Source of the DNA: Salisapilia sapeloensis CBS 127946
Lineage: Eukaryota; Protista; Oomycota
NCBI GenBank assembly: GCA_023334545.1
Contig: JAADVB010000056.1
Coordinates: forward strand, 23,211-87,210
Reading direction: 5' to 3'
Length of the DNA: 64,000 nucleotides
Below the pieces are notes generated by a model. It made no database searches. It saw only the letters and a list, made by a program, of their open reading frames with translations, and was not told where the DNA came from. Position 1 is the stretch's first letter. Every line of letters starts with the position of its first letter. Of the stretch, positions 1-11,300 are shown one piece after another. The position numbers and the translations under genes are program-made.

Positions 1-1651
1 GAGATGTACTCGTGCCTGCACTCCACGTCCGGTGCTTGCCGATCGATAAGGGTGCTTCGTGCGTCGACATGTTGTTGACACCAGCGTCGGACGGTCCAGA
101 GGACATTTGGTTCCACATGGACGGTCCGGACCTTGGCGTCGGTGTTGTGAGGAGCGGACCACTAGTGCTAAAGGCAGACGACTCTCTTGTCGGCGGCGTG
201 GCACTGATGATCGCTTCGTACGTACTGCTTTCCATACTACATCGATCGACAGGTTGAACAGCGGACGGAGGAGAAACGACAGGAGGATCATTCGAAGGTT
301 TCAAGAGGATATGACCGATAGATGACGCACGTACGCGTGCGCCACCATGCAACAACTCTTCTTTCGCGACTTCCAACGAGCTTTCGTCGTATACGTTATA
401 TATACACAATTTGCAGAAGACCATTCGTTGCTTACTAACGCGAAGCCGTTGTTCGTCTTCAAGACACACTTGTCGCGTCTGTCGGCAGCGAGAGCAGACG
501 GGGGAGTGGCATAGTTGGCACGCAGTCGTGCGCGAGAAGGAGCTGAACGGACGATTGCAGGTGCTGCAATTGTGCTGGACGAAGCTCGTCTTCCGACGTA
601 GCTTGGTGCTGGCCATCGAGTCCCCCAGGCCGTTCGTGCTGCTTGCGAGGTCGCTCGTGGAAGACGCGAGACGATCGGAATCGACGGAAGAGTCAGTGGG
701 ACGGAGCATGCTCTGTACTCGATGCGCGAGTTTCTTGCTCTGTGCCCACTTGGACGACTTACGGCAGGTCGTGAGCGCTCCTGCGACGGCTCGGAGTGCC
801 AGCATCTCTAGCACGTGTCCTCCAGGCTCGACTCGAGCCTTCATGAAGACGTCTACTTCATTGTGTCCGACCTCCTTGTACAAGTAGCAGGACGAGAGTT
901 TGGCTCGAAGGATATGCTGGTCCGTTAGTTCTCTACAGGCAGCAAGCGTGACGGAGTGAAGGAGATGGAAACCGATGCGATCTCCATTCGGACGCAAGAG
1001 GACACCAGAGTACTCGAGCAAGATCAAGTCTCGAGGTCGAACGAACTTCTTCGCGAGCTTCTGCCGATTGTCTTTGACGAGCCACTTGATGCCGAGGAAG
1101 CGAAAGGGTTCGGCTGGAGACGGACCTTTCATCTGGTGCAGTACAGCTCCGTCGGCAATCGCGTCTTCGAGGAAGGAAGTGCGCATGCGCATGGCTTGCG
1201 TCGTCGTGGACACCACGCCGTACATGACGTCGTCGAGGGTGCCAGCGATGGTTCCGACGGCCAGGAGCTTTGGCAAGTGGCTGTTCGGTCGTCTCATGCT
1301 CGGGTGTGGGATCGGGATCTCGGATGCTGCCGGCATGTCACTCTGTACATCTTGGTAATCGTCATTGTCCGCGTTTTGTCGAGGTGATGCCGGTCCGTCT
1401 TCCGTCGTTTCACTGTATTGACTCTTGTGTGTTTTCGATTGCCGCTTGCGGTCTTTGTAGACGACGACATTATCTCGACGCTTGAGAGGTTTCCATCGCC
1501 GAGAATCGACCTGATGCTTGTCCTTGGTGACGTGTCGGTCATAATTATGGAGCGTCTCTCGGACGAGGGAATTGGCGAGCTGCTCGTACACTTGGACGTC
1601 ATCGGAGGAAAGTTCTACTGTACTAAAGACGTCATGCTTTTCGACGGCCAT
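1..1651 (-). CDS. START-like domain + FYVE zinc-finger protein (oomycete family); 3' end runs off the window
   Basis: Manual minus-strand translation from ATG at 1651 (MAVEKHDVFSTVELSSDDVQVYEQLANSLVRETLHNY) stays open to position 1. It has START-type motifs (RWKPLKRRDNV, LAVGTIAGTLDDVMYG, PFRFLGIKW, RPRDLILLEYSG, RIGFHLLHSV) and a FYVE-like Cys cluster (CSTC..CQLC..VCSRC..FCKLC). Absent from the ORF track because it has no stop inside the window. Confidence 0.85.
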   Translation of the reverse strand, partial: MAVEKHDVFSTVELSSDDVQVYEQLANSLVRETLHNYDRHVTKDKHQVDSRRWKPLKRRDNVVVYKDRKRQSKTHKSQYSETTEDGPASPRQNADNDDYQDVQSDMPAASEIPIPHPSMRRPNSHLPKLLAVGTIAGTLDDVMYGVVSTTTQAMRMRTSFLEDAIADGAVLHQMKGPSPAEPFRFLGIKWLVKDNRQKLAKKFVRPRDLILLEYSGVLLRPNGDRIGFHLLHSVTLAACRELTDQHILRAKLSSCYLYKEVGHNEVDVFMKARVEPGGHVLEMLALRAVAGALTTCRKSSKWAQSKKLAHRVQSMLRPTDSSVDSDRLASSTSDLASSTNGLGDSMASTKLRRKTSFVQHNCSTCNRPFSSFSRTTACQLCHSPVCSRCRQTRQVCLEDEQRLRVSKQRMVFCKLCIYNVYDESSLEVAKEELLHGGARVRASSIGHILLKPSNDPPVVSPPSAVQPVDRCSMESSTYEAIISATPPTRESSAFSTSGPLLTTPTPRSGPSMWNQMSSGPSDAGVNNMSTHEAPLSIGKHRTWSAGTSTS

Positions 1652-2038
1652 TTCCAAAGTCCAGGACGAAAGAGCTAGTGACCGAGGTCGAGGTCGAGGA
1701 CGTAATGCATCTACCTACTGGCTTGATAAGAGAGTCGGAGACTCTCCACCCACTGCCACTATCTACGTTCCTTACCACCCACGTTTACAACCACCCGACT
1801 CGACAAGCATCCTTCATCCATCTTCCATCCGTTCGAATGGAAGGATCTTGATAGGAGATGCATTTAAATATGTTCATACGTATTACACAAGGTCGATCGA
1901 TAAAGTTGAAGGAAGCAGAGAAGGATGATCGACTTGCATCTACTTTGGTTTTGAACGTTTGCAACGTCGTTTGAAACGGTCCATGGAACGAGTGCATGGA
2001 CCCAGCTGCGGTCGAACGGGAGCACACTGGGTTTTCGC

Positions 2039-3493
2039 ATGGAGCACTACACGCACTTTCGGGAGACCGTGGCAGGCTCTGTGGATACAGTAGTCCAGCA
2101 GTACTTGTCCTGTTGCACGAATGGCCAAGGTCTGTGTCATATCGACCCAGCCAAGTATAAATTCGTGAAGCGGAAGCAGCATGTCCGTTGTTATCGTCCG
2201 ACGAGTGATTACAAAGCTCTACGAGCTCCTGGAGAAGTATTAGCGACTGGAGAGACGCCAGGCACCGTAGATGACTTGCTCTATGGGTGTGTGAACTTGA
2301 CAGACGAAACAATGCGTCTCGACAGCGACCTTGTCAAAGGCAGTGACCTCATGGACTGTCGTGTCCTGGCGACGTTAGAAGCTCCAAGTACTCAAGACCC
2401 ATTTCGCAGCCTTGCTGTCAAGTGGCTGTTACGCAAGTACTCGAGCATCTCGCAGCCTCGAGACTATGTCTATCTCGAAGCTACGGGCACGACGACCGTA
2501 GCGTCGGATGACGGCGGAGGGCCCATCCGCATCGGGTATCAAGTCGTCCAGTCGATTGACTTTGCGTCAGCACCCAGTTTCTCTCGTAACGCCCACATCG
2601 TTCGTGGTCATATGCACTCTTGTCTTTTATTTCGTCAACGCCCTGGTCGCGACGTCGAGCTCTTTTTCCTCGGGTCTGTCGATCCGCAAGGAGGTCTCAA
2701 GGAAAAAGTCGGCGCGACGATCGCGATGGACCTTGTGTCAACATCTTCTAGACATTTCGACAGTGCGCAGATGAAGAAACTAACGTACGTCGTTCGATCT
2801 CGTTGCTTTCGTACGATCGAGGCGGAGGAAGAGGAGAAGCGTCGCGAGTATGCTTTGTTCAAGTCCTCTTCTTCTACTCGTCCTTCCTTACATATTCGTC
2901 ATACACCTATTGCATGTGTCGTCTGTGATCGATCTTTACGTCTACATTCGAAAAGTAAATGCAGGTCCTGTGGTGCGACGGCCGTGTGCTCTCGCTGTCG
3001 TGTCTACAAGCACGTCTTGGTCTCGAATGAAGACGTCGAGCGGCTCAAGCTCGAGTTCTGTACCGAGTGCATCGGTGCGTCAGAGGCTCTGGATGCTGCT
3101 CACGTTGCGACACGAGAGCTCCAGATGCTGTCGGGCGACATGCCAACCGGTCGGCGGACTGTGCGAACAACGTCCGGTGCGAAGGACGTGACTCGGAGAC
3201 GAGTGAAGAGCGCCGAGAGTCTCGCGGAAGATGAGGCGAATCGGACGCGAGATGGGTTTGCTAAGCTGACCAAGTCACTTCCGACGCGCACGAGGTCGTA
3301 TACGGATGTGACGAGACGGATGCCGCTGTTGAGTAGTAAGGAAGCAAAGGAAGCGTTGCCGGCGGAAGCAACGATTGTGTTTGATAAGATGGACGATGAC
3401 TGTCCGATTTTGGAGATGACACCAGAGCTGGAGGACGACGTGCTTGTGCATGTCGACTTACTTTGTATGCCGAGTGTCGTGGAAGAAAGCTAG
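2039..3493 (+). CDS. START-like domain + FYVE zinc-finger protein
   Basis: 484-aa ORF with GTVDDLLYG, DPFRSLAVKW, PRDYVYLEATG, RIGYQVVQSID motifs and CVVC..CRSC..VCSRC..FCTEC. Paralogous to the divergently oriented gene at 1-1651. Confidence 0.85.
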   Translation: MEHYTHFRETVAGSVDTVVQQYLSCCTNGQGLCHIDPAKYKFVKRKQHVRCYRPTSDYKALRAPGEVLATGETPGTVDDLLYGCVNLTDETMRLDSDLVKGSDLMDCRVLATLEAPSTQDPFRSLAVKWLLRKYSSISQPRDYVYLEATGTTTVASDDGGGPIRIGYQVVQSIDFASAPSFSRNAHIVRGHMHSCLLFRQRPGRDVELFFLGSVDPQGGLKEKVGATIAMDLVSTSSRHFDSAQMKKLTYVVRSRCFRTIEAEEEEKRREYALFKSSSSTRPSLHIRHTPIACVVCDRSLRLHSKSKCRSCGATAVCSRCRVYKHVLVSNEDVERLKLEFCTECIGASEALDAAHVATRELQMLSGDMPTGRRTVRTTSGAKDVTRRRVKSAESLAEDEANRTRDGFAKLTKSLPTRTRSYTDVTRRMPLLSSKEAKEALPAEATIVFDKMDDDCPILEMTPELEDDVLVHVDLLCMPSVVEES

Positions 3494-4294
3494 TACAGTA
3501 TGAACTTGTAGCAAGGTACGAATAAGAATGGAAATCAATTTTGAAAGACTTGGAGCTGTTTGTATCTTGTTAGCAAGTCACTTTTTAATAGTCTTGTGCT
3601 GCTGAATGGAGAGTTTGGACAAAATAGGCTCGGTCGAGGTACTGGACTATTGTAGAAATATAGTTTTACAAGTAAAAGTTATATATATGTAGTTTATTAT
3701 TTACATGTACTTCTGATCTATAGCTAGAGGTATTGATGCGGTGGGTTTTGATACTGTGGGTACAATACAAGGTTGTTATGGCCTCTTGCATGTGTGCAGG
3801 AGAGTCGGGAGGAAGGATGTACTGGATCTTGAATGCAATGGTCTGTCGTACGTCCGCTGTCGAGCGATCGAAAGTGGAGTTGTGGTGCACACCAGCTGCC
3901 CGTGTTCAAACAAAAGTACAAGTACGACTCCACGCAAGTCTCTTTCCCCTCCGCCGTTACCGACCTCCAACTCGCTACAAGCCAAGAGCAGCTATCTCAT
4001 CTACAAGCAGCCTCCACGACTGCATCCTGTTCAGAACTTGAACCAGTTCATATCAACTGAAACGGATCGAATAAGATCGCAAGTGTATGCACAATCGACT
4101 AAGACTCAACGGGCACTATCTACATCTACAAGTAGACGAACGTCTCCATCTCCATCTCTATCGCCTCGCTCCATGTACCCATCTATCGTCCTCCTTCGAC
4201 GTTTCGTAATATACTTGCTTTTTGTATACCATACAACACTTGGGTGGAACAGAGCCTGGCCAGTCGATCAGTCGAACGAGGTTCGTGGCACTGG

Positions 4295-6109
4295 ATGAAG
4301 GACAAGGACCGACCGACTGCATCCGGCCGCAAGAGCCGTCGTAATGGCAGTTCCGTGCCGACGGTCTCCATCTCTCGTAGGCGAAGTGGCAGTGAGAGCA
4401 GCAACGACGGACAGGATGCTTCGTCTCCGCTATCGTCACCGATGAGTCGATTGTCCGTGAGCGCTCCTGTCTTCACGCCGCAGACGACCGACGCAGCGTC
4501 TTCACCGCGCTCAAACAAGTCCCTAGATGCAGGCAAGAAGAAGAAGAAAGATACAGACAAGAAGAGCAAACGCAAGAGTGGATCGAGGTCCATGGCGAAC
4601 GTCACGATTCGACCGAACATCTCGTCCGATCCGCCCGAGGTAAAGAAACCAATCTCCAGCACCTCTTCTAAAGACAAGGAGCCTCGAGAACAGGAACGGA
4701 AGAAAGTAGGTAGTAAGAAGACAGGTTCTAGCAGCACGTCCAAGTCTCTGGACACTCGGTCTTCCGGCCCTCGACAGCGTATCGGTGCCAAAGGTTTCTC
4801 TCGAACGTCCACACTGACCAAGTCGACCTCTACCAAGCGTCCTGCGCCTAAGAAAGCCGACAAGGCCAAGTCGATCTTTGATTCCGACGACGAAGAGAGC
4901 GAAGACGAGTCGGATGACGAAGTGTACCCTGAAGGTACCACTCGCAAGAAGACCGCGAGTGCCTTCCCGGAGCGTCTGACGCTCTTTAGCCAGCAGAAAC
5001 GTATCCCGAACAAGCGTGTTAGTCGAGAGAATGTCGTCGATACTATCTTTTCCACTCTTTTCGCAAAACCCGATAAAGCGACGAGTCGTCGACCGACGCT
5101 AAGTGTCTTTGGCGACGATGATACTGGTACAGACACGGATGAGCCAAATGAAGAGCTCGTGAAGCAAGGCTTGACCCAAGCACTCTTCCGAGACCACATC
5201 TCGAACCTGTCGTTAGATGCCGAGACAGCATCCACGCGACAGGAGATGGTTGAGAAAGCCATCACGCCTGCGCTCATCCACACGCTCGTGACCGAGATGC
5301 GCTTCGAGGACTTTCGCACCGCGAGTCCTCGTCTCGACCTCTTACGCGCCATCCATCGCAATTGCCCGACCAAACGGCTGGCGATCAGTCAGGCGCTGTC
5401 GGACGCTGCGAATCTCCGACTGGACTTTGTCCAGGCGATGCAATCGAAAGCACAGGCACTCGAGATTGAACGACCGAAAGCGATCGTGAAGCATACGAGT
5501 GATCATGGACATGGGTTTACAGAACTCCTACGCTACGCGATTGAACACATGGGTGAAAGTGCTTTAGGCTTAGAAGAAGGAACGAGTGATAGGGAAGAAG
5601 CAGAGATGGCGAGGAACTACATGCGGGTGCTAACGAGTCTATGGAAGGCACATTGGAGAGACACGGCTGGTACAGACGATGAAGAGCTGATCGACTGCGC
5701 GGGGCAGTTTGTGGCCTATCTACCGCACGTAAGTGGTCCGTTGATTCGACGGCTGCTGACAGCATGGCCGCATCGATACCCTTCTCAGCAGGTGGTGGCG
5801 ATTCGGATGCTCGCGCGTGTCATCATGTCCGGTCCGCCGTTGAATCAAGTGGAAGGATATGAAGAGCTACTGGGAAAGATCTTTCGTAAACTATCACGAT
5901 GCGTCCAGAGTCTGCATGTGGATGTCGCGCAGGAAGCGCTGGCGTTCACTGGTAGTCAGTTCGTCATGGTCCACTTCATCTCGACGAGTGAGCGCGTGTA
6001 TAGTCTCTTGTCGTCTGCTTTCCATGCGGCTGCTTTGAACCATTGGAACGCAAGTGTGCGTGAGTCGGCGGATGCGAATTTTGATCGAGCGTTGGACTAT
6101 AGCATCTAA
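4295..6109 (+). CDS. Protein with a long Ser/Lys-rich N-terminus and a divergent PP2A B'(B56)-like helical C-terminal region
   Basis: Long ORF; first ATG at 4295 (the track starts at a GTG). The C-terminus (LLTAWP...IFRKLSRCVQSLHVDVAQEAL...NHWNASV) resembles the B56 pattern LLKYWP...[21 protein letters not shown]...HWN. Similarity judged by eye. Confidence 0.6.
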   Translation: MKDKDRPTASGRKSRRNGSSVPTVSISRRRSGSESSNDGQDASSPLSSPMSRLSVSAPVFTPQTTDAASSPRSNKSLDAGKKKKKDTDKKSKRKSGSRSMANVTIRPNISSDPPEVKKPISSTSSKDKEPREQERKKVGSKKTGSSSTSKSLDTRSSGPRQRIGAKGFSRTSTLTKSTSTKRPAPKKADKAKSIFDSDDEESEDESDDEVYPEGTTRKKTASAFPERLTLFSQQKRIPNKRVSRENVVDTIFSTLFAKPDKATSRRPTLSVFGDDDTGTDTDEPNEELVKQGLTQALFRDHISNLSLDAETASTRQEMVEKAITPALIHTLVTEMRFEDFRTASPRLDLLRAIHRNCPTKRLAISQALSDAANLRLDFVQAMQSKAQALEIERPKAIVKHTSDHGHGFTELLRYAIEHMGESALGLEEGTSDREEAEMARNYMRVLTSLWKAHWRDTAGTDDEELIDCAGQFVAYLPHVSGPLIRRLLTAWPHRYPSQQVVAIRMLARVIMSGPPLNQVEGYEELLGKIFRKLSRCVQSLHVDVAQEALAFTGSQFVMVHFISTSERVYSLLSSAFHAAALNHWNASVRESADANFDRALDYSI

Positions 6110-6201
6110 CGAGAGACGAGTGTTTTTTTATAAGGCTGTAGAGGAGGAAGAGATAGATCAACATGAAGGATATGGAAAGAAAGAGTTGGTTTCGAAAGAG
6201 G

Positions 6202-7112
6202 TTAGTGCTGACCTCGACAGCCACTCATGTCGAAGCCACAGGCCATCGAAATGACTAAATAGAGCACAAACTAGAATAGAGGATGAATAAAGAGATGGAA
6301 ATGCACGAGATAGAAAACGTACGACGGCGAGGAAGAAGAGGAGCAGGTAGAGTTTCATCTTGCGGCGCCACATGGTTCGTCGGAGCTGACCGCCGGAGCG
6401 AGAGAATTTGACGGAGCTCGAGTTGAGCTTGTCCGTTCGGTCGACGAGCAGCTCAAGCTTCTTGCCGCGGTCCCAGATCTTGTCTAGGACGGAGCTAAGA
6501 AAAGAGTATCAGATCTGATAACGAATGGAGTACCGATGTTTTCGACGGCGATGTCCTTGACCTCATCCAGTTGCTGCTGGGCTCTCGTAAGCGAGTCTGC
6601 TTCCGAGTTCGAGTTGTAGTACTCCTAGACAGGATGTAAGAGAAGGGAGAGAGGAGTGTACTGTGATTGTACCATCTGACGGCGGATGACGTGTTGGAAC
6701 TCTTCGTTCATGGCGAACGCGATGGCGTTGGCACCGCGGTTGCCGTACATGGCTCGGAAACGTGTCTTGAGGTCCTCGAGGAAGAGGAAAGCTACGCGCC
6801 GTTTGTGGTCTTTTTCTGCCATGCAGAGAAATGTCATGCCGTCATCGACGATATAGTGGAAGACATGTCTATAGGAGGTTAGAGGCTGGAGGTAAGAGGT
6901 AGCGACAGAACGTACTGGTCGTAGGTGTAGCTCATGCGTCCATCGGTGGTGGGGATCTTGGAGAGTAAGGCTCTTGTGACGGTGGGGAAGTTGCCGGATG
7001 CAGCCGTGTATTCGGCTAGCACCGTGTTCTCCCTTGCCACTAGACCGTAGACCTACGATGGAGAGGTTGAGAAGGAGGAGATATGGAGAGAGGACGAGAT
7101 GCGTACCAACAT
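6202..7112 (-). CDS. VAMP7: VAMP7-type longin R-SNARE, 6 exons (introns 7053-7106, 6869-6915, 6625-6672, 6484-6533, 6271-6322)
   Basis: The spliced translation MLVYGLVARENTVLAEYTAASGNFPTV...HVFHYIVDDGMTFLCMAE...AFAMNEEF...VKDIAVENIDKIWDRGKKLELLVDRTDKL...MWRRKMK plus a TM segment gives a longin domain, synaptobrevin coil and C-terminal anchor. All five GT-AG introns keep the frame. Confidence 0.9.
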
Positions 7113-8345
7113 CCCAAGCTTCTTCTTGTCTTTCGGTACTAGTGGGGTCTCGAAATAGATGCTGTAAAGCGTCTTGGAATATAGACAGCGGTGGAGTAGC
7201 TGCTGGAAATGACTTGGGTTTTGTATATCGACCATCGAAACGGTTGTTAGCTTCAAGTTCATCGACTTGACTTGGGTTGAATATGGGGAGTTGACTTTGG
7301 TTTTGGAGTAGATAGCATGGAAGAGCATGCGAAGGACTACTACAGATGCATGTTTTGGTGGCTATATAGGATGGGTAAATTTATGTTTTCTAGGCAGAGT
7401 AGCGTGTTCTATGTGTGATGTTCCATTTGGTCTTTACTGAAGATGCACTTGAAATGGATATCTTTCGTTGGTCTTTCTGAACTTTTGACGTCGTCTGCTC
7501 TTGAGATATATGTCGAAGCACTCTTCCTTCTTATTGATAAAACAATCAGGTTTTCTTTCCTTATCGCTTATGTCGTTCAGTATCACGTCTTCCTCCTCTT
7601 CATGGAAACCTACATACCTTTATACAAACGTTATGTAAACCCATCGCACTAAACTTCCATTCTCTATCGTCCAAAGGCTCATCTCCAGATTCTCTTGTGT
7701 AGTTCAAGTCGACGATCAACTTGAGAAGCACATCTCAATACAAAGCTGTCTCACCTCCTCTCCTTCCATCCTTGTGTCAACTTGGTCATACCTGACCCAA
7801 ATCAACACTTTACTTTGGTCAGACGACTCAACGCAATCGCGAAATAAGCATATGGACTATCAAGATGACGAACGGATTCATCAGGAGATATAGAGGTTCA
7901 GAGTCGACATGCACGAGCAAAGAACATATACATACTCCAATTTGTTTCAGATACACAACAGTCAAGACAATAAACATCTCCACAGCACCAAGGACCTGTA
8001 TCTCTTCACCATACTAGACAAGAAGCCCACGTAACCTCCATGGCATGACACTTGCAACCTCTTCAGCACCCTCCATCCACCCCAATACAAATACCCAGAA
8101 GACGCTCCTACTCTACCTACAATCCAAAGACTCCATCCTACAGTCTACACATTCAAATAGCAGCCACTTCCTCCTATGAGCACGCTCCTACGCCTCGTAC
8201 GCTGTCTTCCGCCCGTCTCATAAAACCTATGATGGCATTTTATGTAAACACATATATTTTGGCGCCATTGTGCGTTTTTGGCTGGAGTAGCTCTCGCTCC
8301 ATCCGACGTGCTGCTACTGTCTCTATCCGTCATTCATCTTCTAGT

Positions 8346-11300
8346 ATGAGTGTCTTGGAAAATGCAGGTGATCCGAATGGTATGTTTGATTCTATCTCTA
8401 TCTTCCGTATAACTTTTGAGAGAGAGAAAAAAGGGATTGACACGGCTTGTTCTCTTCAAATGCTTAGAATCGTCACCTGCGAGTAGTGGGAAGGCTAGTT
8501 CGCATGGTAGAGTAACGTCATCTAGGAACGAATCACAGGATGATACGCCAGAGCAGCCATCGAGCCGATACACGCTACGTGATCGTCGTCGGTCCACTGC
8601 TCCACGAGAGCTCTACGACCCAGTGTTTGCAGGTGCGTCGTACATGCACGACTCTCCGTCGTCTAATACACCACCAAAGAAGCGCTCTCGGTCGCACAGT
8701 CGGAAGAATGGTCGGTCGAGAGACCACAATGCCAGTCGCAAGCGCAGTCGTCGGACGCAGCCACCTCGTCAGGCGAGGCAGCAAGAAGCGAGCGAAGGCG
8801 AGCAGACGACAGACTCGGACCTCGATGAAATCAACGACCACCTTGCGAATCAGAAAAGAGCAAGAGCGGAGCGTCGGTCATCTCGATACGCTCTTCGGTC
8901 GAAAGGAAATGATTTAGAAGAAGAGGAAGAGGAGGAAGAGGAGGAGGAATCGAGTGAGAATGAACAAGAGGATAAGGAGGAAGAGGAAGAAAACGACGAG
9001 GAGGAAACGAGTGGATATTTCTTACGTAGGAGGAACGCCGTAGAGCATCCCGAGGCGCCATCCAGTCGCTCTCGTCCTCGCAACGCTTCTCGTACAACTA
9101 ACCCTTCGTTCGTCTCCGACTCGACGACTCGCTACTCTCTCCGTGATCGTGCCAAAGTCCAGCGTGGAACGGATCTCACAGGCCCGACGACACCTCCGAA
9201 GAGCGCTGCGGACTCTGCCTACGCCGAGTACGCCAAGCGGCAGCGGAACGCCAAGCGTTCTGGTAGTCGCTATCGTTCTCTCTTTAGCTCTCCATCGTCT
9301 CGTAGTCGCCGCAAGCGCCCCTTTCCGTCCACCGGTCTTCCTCCGTTCAGTCCATCGCATCGGCATCGTCGTCGCATGTCCGATTCGTCCGACTCGGACT
9401 CTTCTTCCTCTGAGTTGTACAAATACGACGATGATTCGGATGGTGGTATGCGTACGTCTAACGGTAAGAAATCTCGTTCGAAAGGTGCGAGAGCAGACAT
9501 CAGTCCCGTCGAGATCGATCCGAGTATCACATGGTCGAGCATCGGGGGTTTAGGAGGCCATGTCTCTGCCCTCAAGGAGATGGTGCTCTTACCTCTATTG
9601 TATCCCGAGTTCTATGACAAGTACAAGGTCACTCCTCCGTCTGGCGTCTTGTTCTACGGTCCTCCCGGCTGTGGCAAGACGCTCGTCGCGAGAGCTCTCG
9701 CGAACTCTTGCTCCGTCCCGAATCGTTCGAATACGTCCACGGAAAAACCAAAGCATCACGTGACGTTTTACATGCGCAAAGGTGCAGATTGTCTTAGTAA
9801 GTGGGTAGGAGAAGCCGAGCGACAGCTACGTCTGCTCTTTGCCGAAGCACGAAAGAACGAGCCGTCGATCATCTTTTTTGACGAGATCGACGGCCTTGCG
9901 CCTGTTCGGAGTGCCAAGCAAGACCAAATCCATTCCTCCATCGTGTCGACGTTACTGGCGCTCATGGACGGACTGGACGGACGTGGACGAGTCGTGGTGA
10001 TCGGTGCGACTAATCGCTTGGACTCGATCGACCCGGCGCTACGACGTCCAGGACGCTTCGATCGAGAGTTGCCGTTCAAACTCCCGAACGCACGCGATCG
10101 ACAGGAGATCCTCCAAGTCCACGCCAAGGCATGGCATCCACCTCTCGACGAGCGCTTTCTGCAGGAACTAGCAGGTCGGACAGTTGGGTACTGTGGAGCT
10201 GACTTAAAGGCGCTGTGTGCGGAAGCAGCTCTATGTGCCCTCCGTCGCGTGTATCCACAAGTATATGACAGTCAAGACAAGTTGCTACTGAACTACAAGC
10301 ACATTGTCGTATCCAGAGGTGACTTTTGGAAAGCCATGAAGAAGATGACACCTGCGTCACATCGATCCGTCAGTGTCTTTGCATCTCCTTTACCCACGAG
10401 TGTCGAGAAGCTACTAGGTCCAGTGTTATCGAGAGGCTTGAGTAGTATTCGAGAGGTCTGTCCCTCCTTTCCTCTCGATAATTATGTCGAAGAAGAAGAG
10501 GAAGAGGAGGAGGATCATAGTATCTATCGAAAGCAATGCTGCGTATGTCAAGATGTAGGTAATGACTTGTTCATGTGCTCTTCCTGCGTCTCGTGTTTCC
10601 ACCGTACGTGTCTCCCGTCGACATGTGAGAACGATGATTTGTCCTGGACATGCCCAGAGTGCAGCAAGGTGAATCGACGCAAGGTCGAGGTCGCGTCTGC
10701 TCCTAGTAGCGTCCCGTACCTCGAGTCACTTCCGTCCCACGTCGGCAACCCTCGTGTCTTGATCACGGGGCCGCAAGGCATGGGCCAAGCGATGCTCGGG
10801 AACGCGCTGCTACATGCGCTCGAAGGCCTGACGCACTTTTCCCTCGACCTCCCGTCCCTCTTGTCGGAAGAAGGCGCGCACAGTACAGAAGAAGCACTCA
10901 TACGACGCATGCGAGAGGCGCAGAAGGCGGTGCCGTGCGTCCTCTACCTCCCGCACGCCGAGCTCTGGTGGCAGCACACGACTGAGTCGACGCACGCTGC
11001 GCTCAAGATGCTGCTGTCGGACATGTCGACCAAGGCGCGTCTCCCGGTCCTATTCGTCGCGTCGACTAGCTCGTCCGACGACGACCTCCCGTCTGCGCTC
11101 CTGGACTTATTTGAAGGCGAGAGCAAGCGTCGGCAGTCGAGCGTCATCCTCCACCTCAAGCATCCTCCTCGCATCTGTCGTCGCGCGCACTTTGACCAGG
11201 TCTTTGACGCCTTCAAGAGACCTCCGACGGTGTCGAAGCCGAAGCGACGTAAGAAGAAGCTTCCTCTGGCGCCTGTCGAAAAGATAAAGGCACCGGACAT

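Noticed and set aside
7639-8223. Plus-strand frame of 194 codons with only three stops (TAG, TAA, TAG) between VAMP7 and ATAD2
   Set aside because: No recognisable motif or good start codon. The strand is C/A-rich, which lowers stop frequency by itself.
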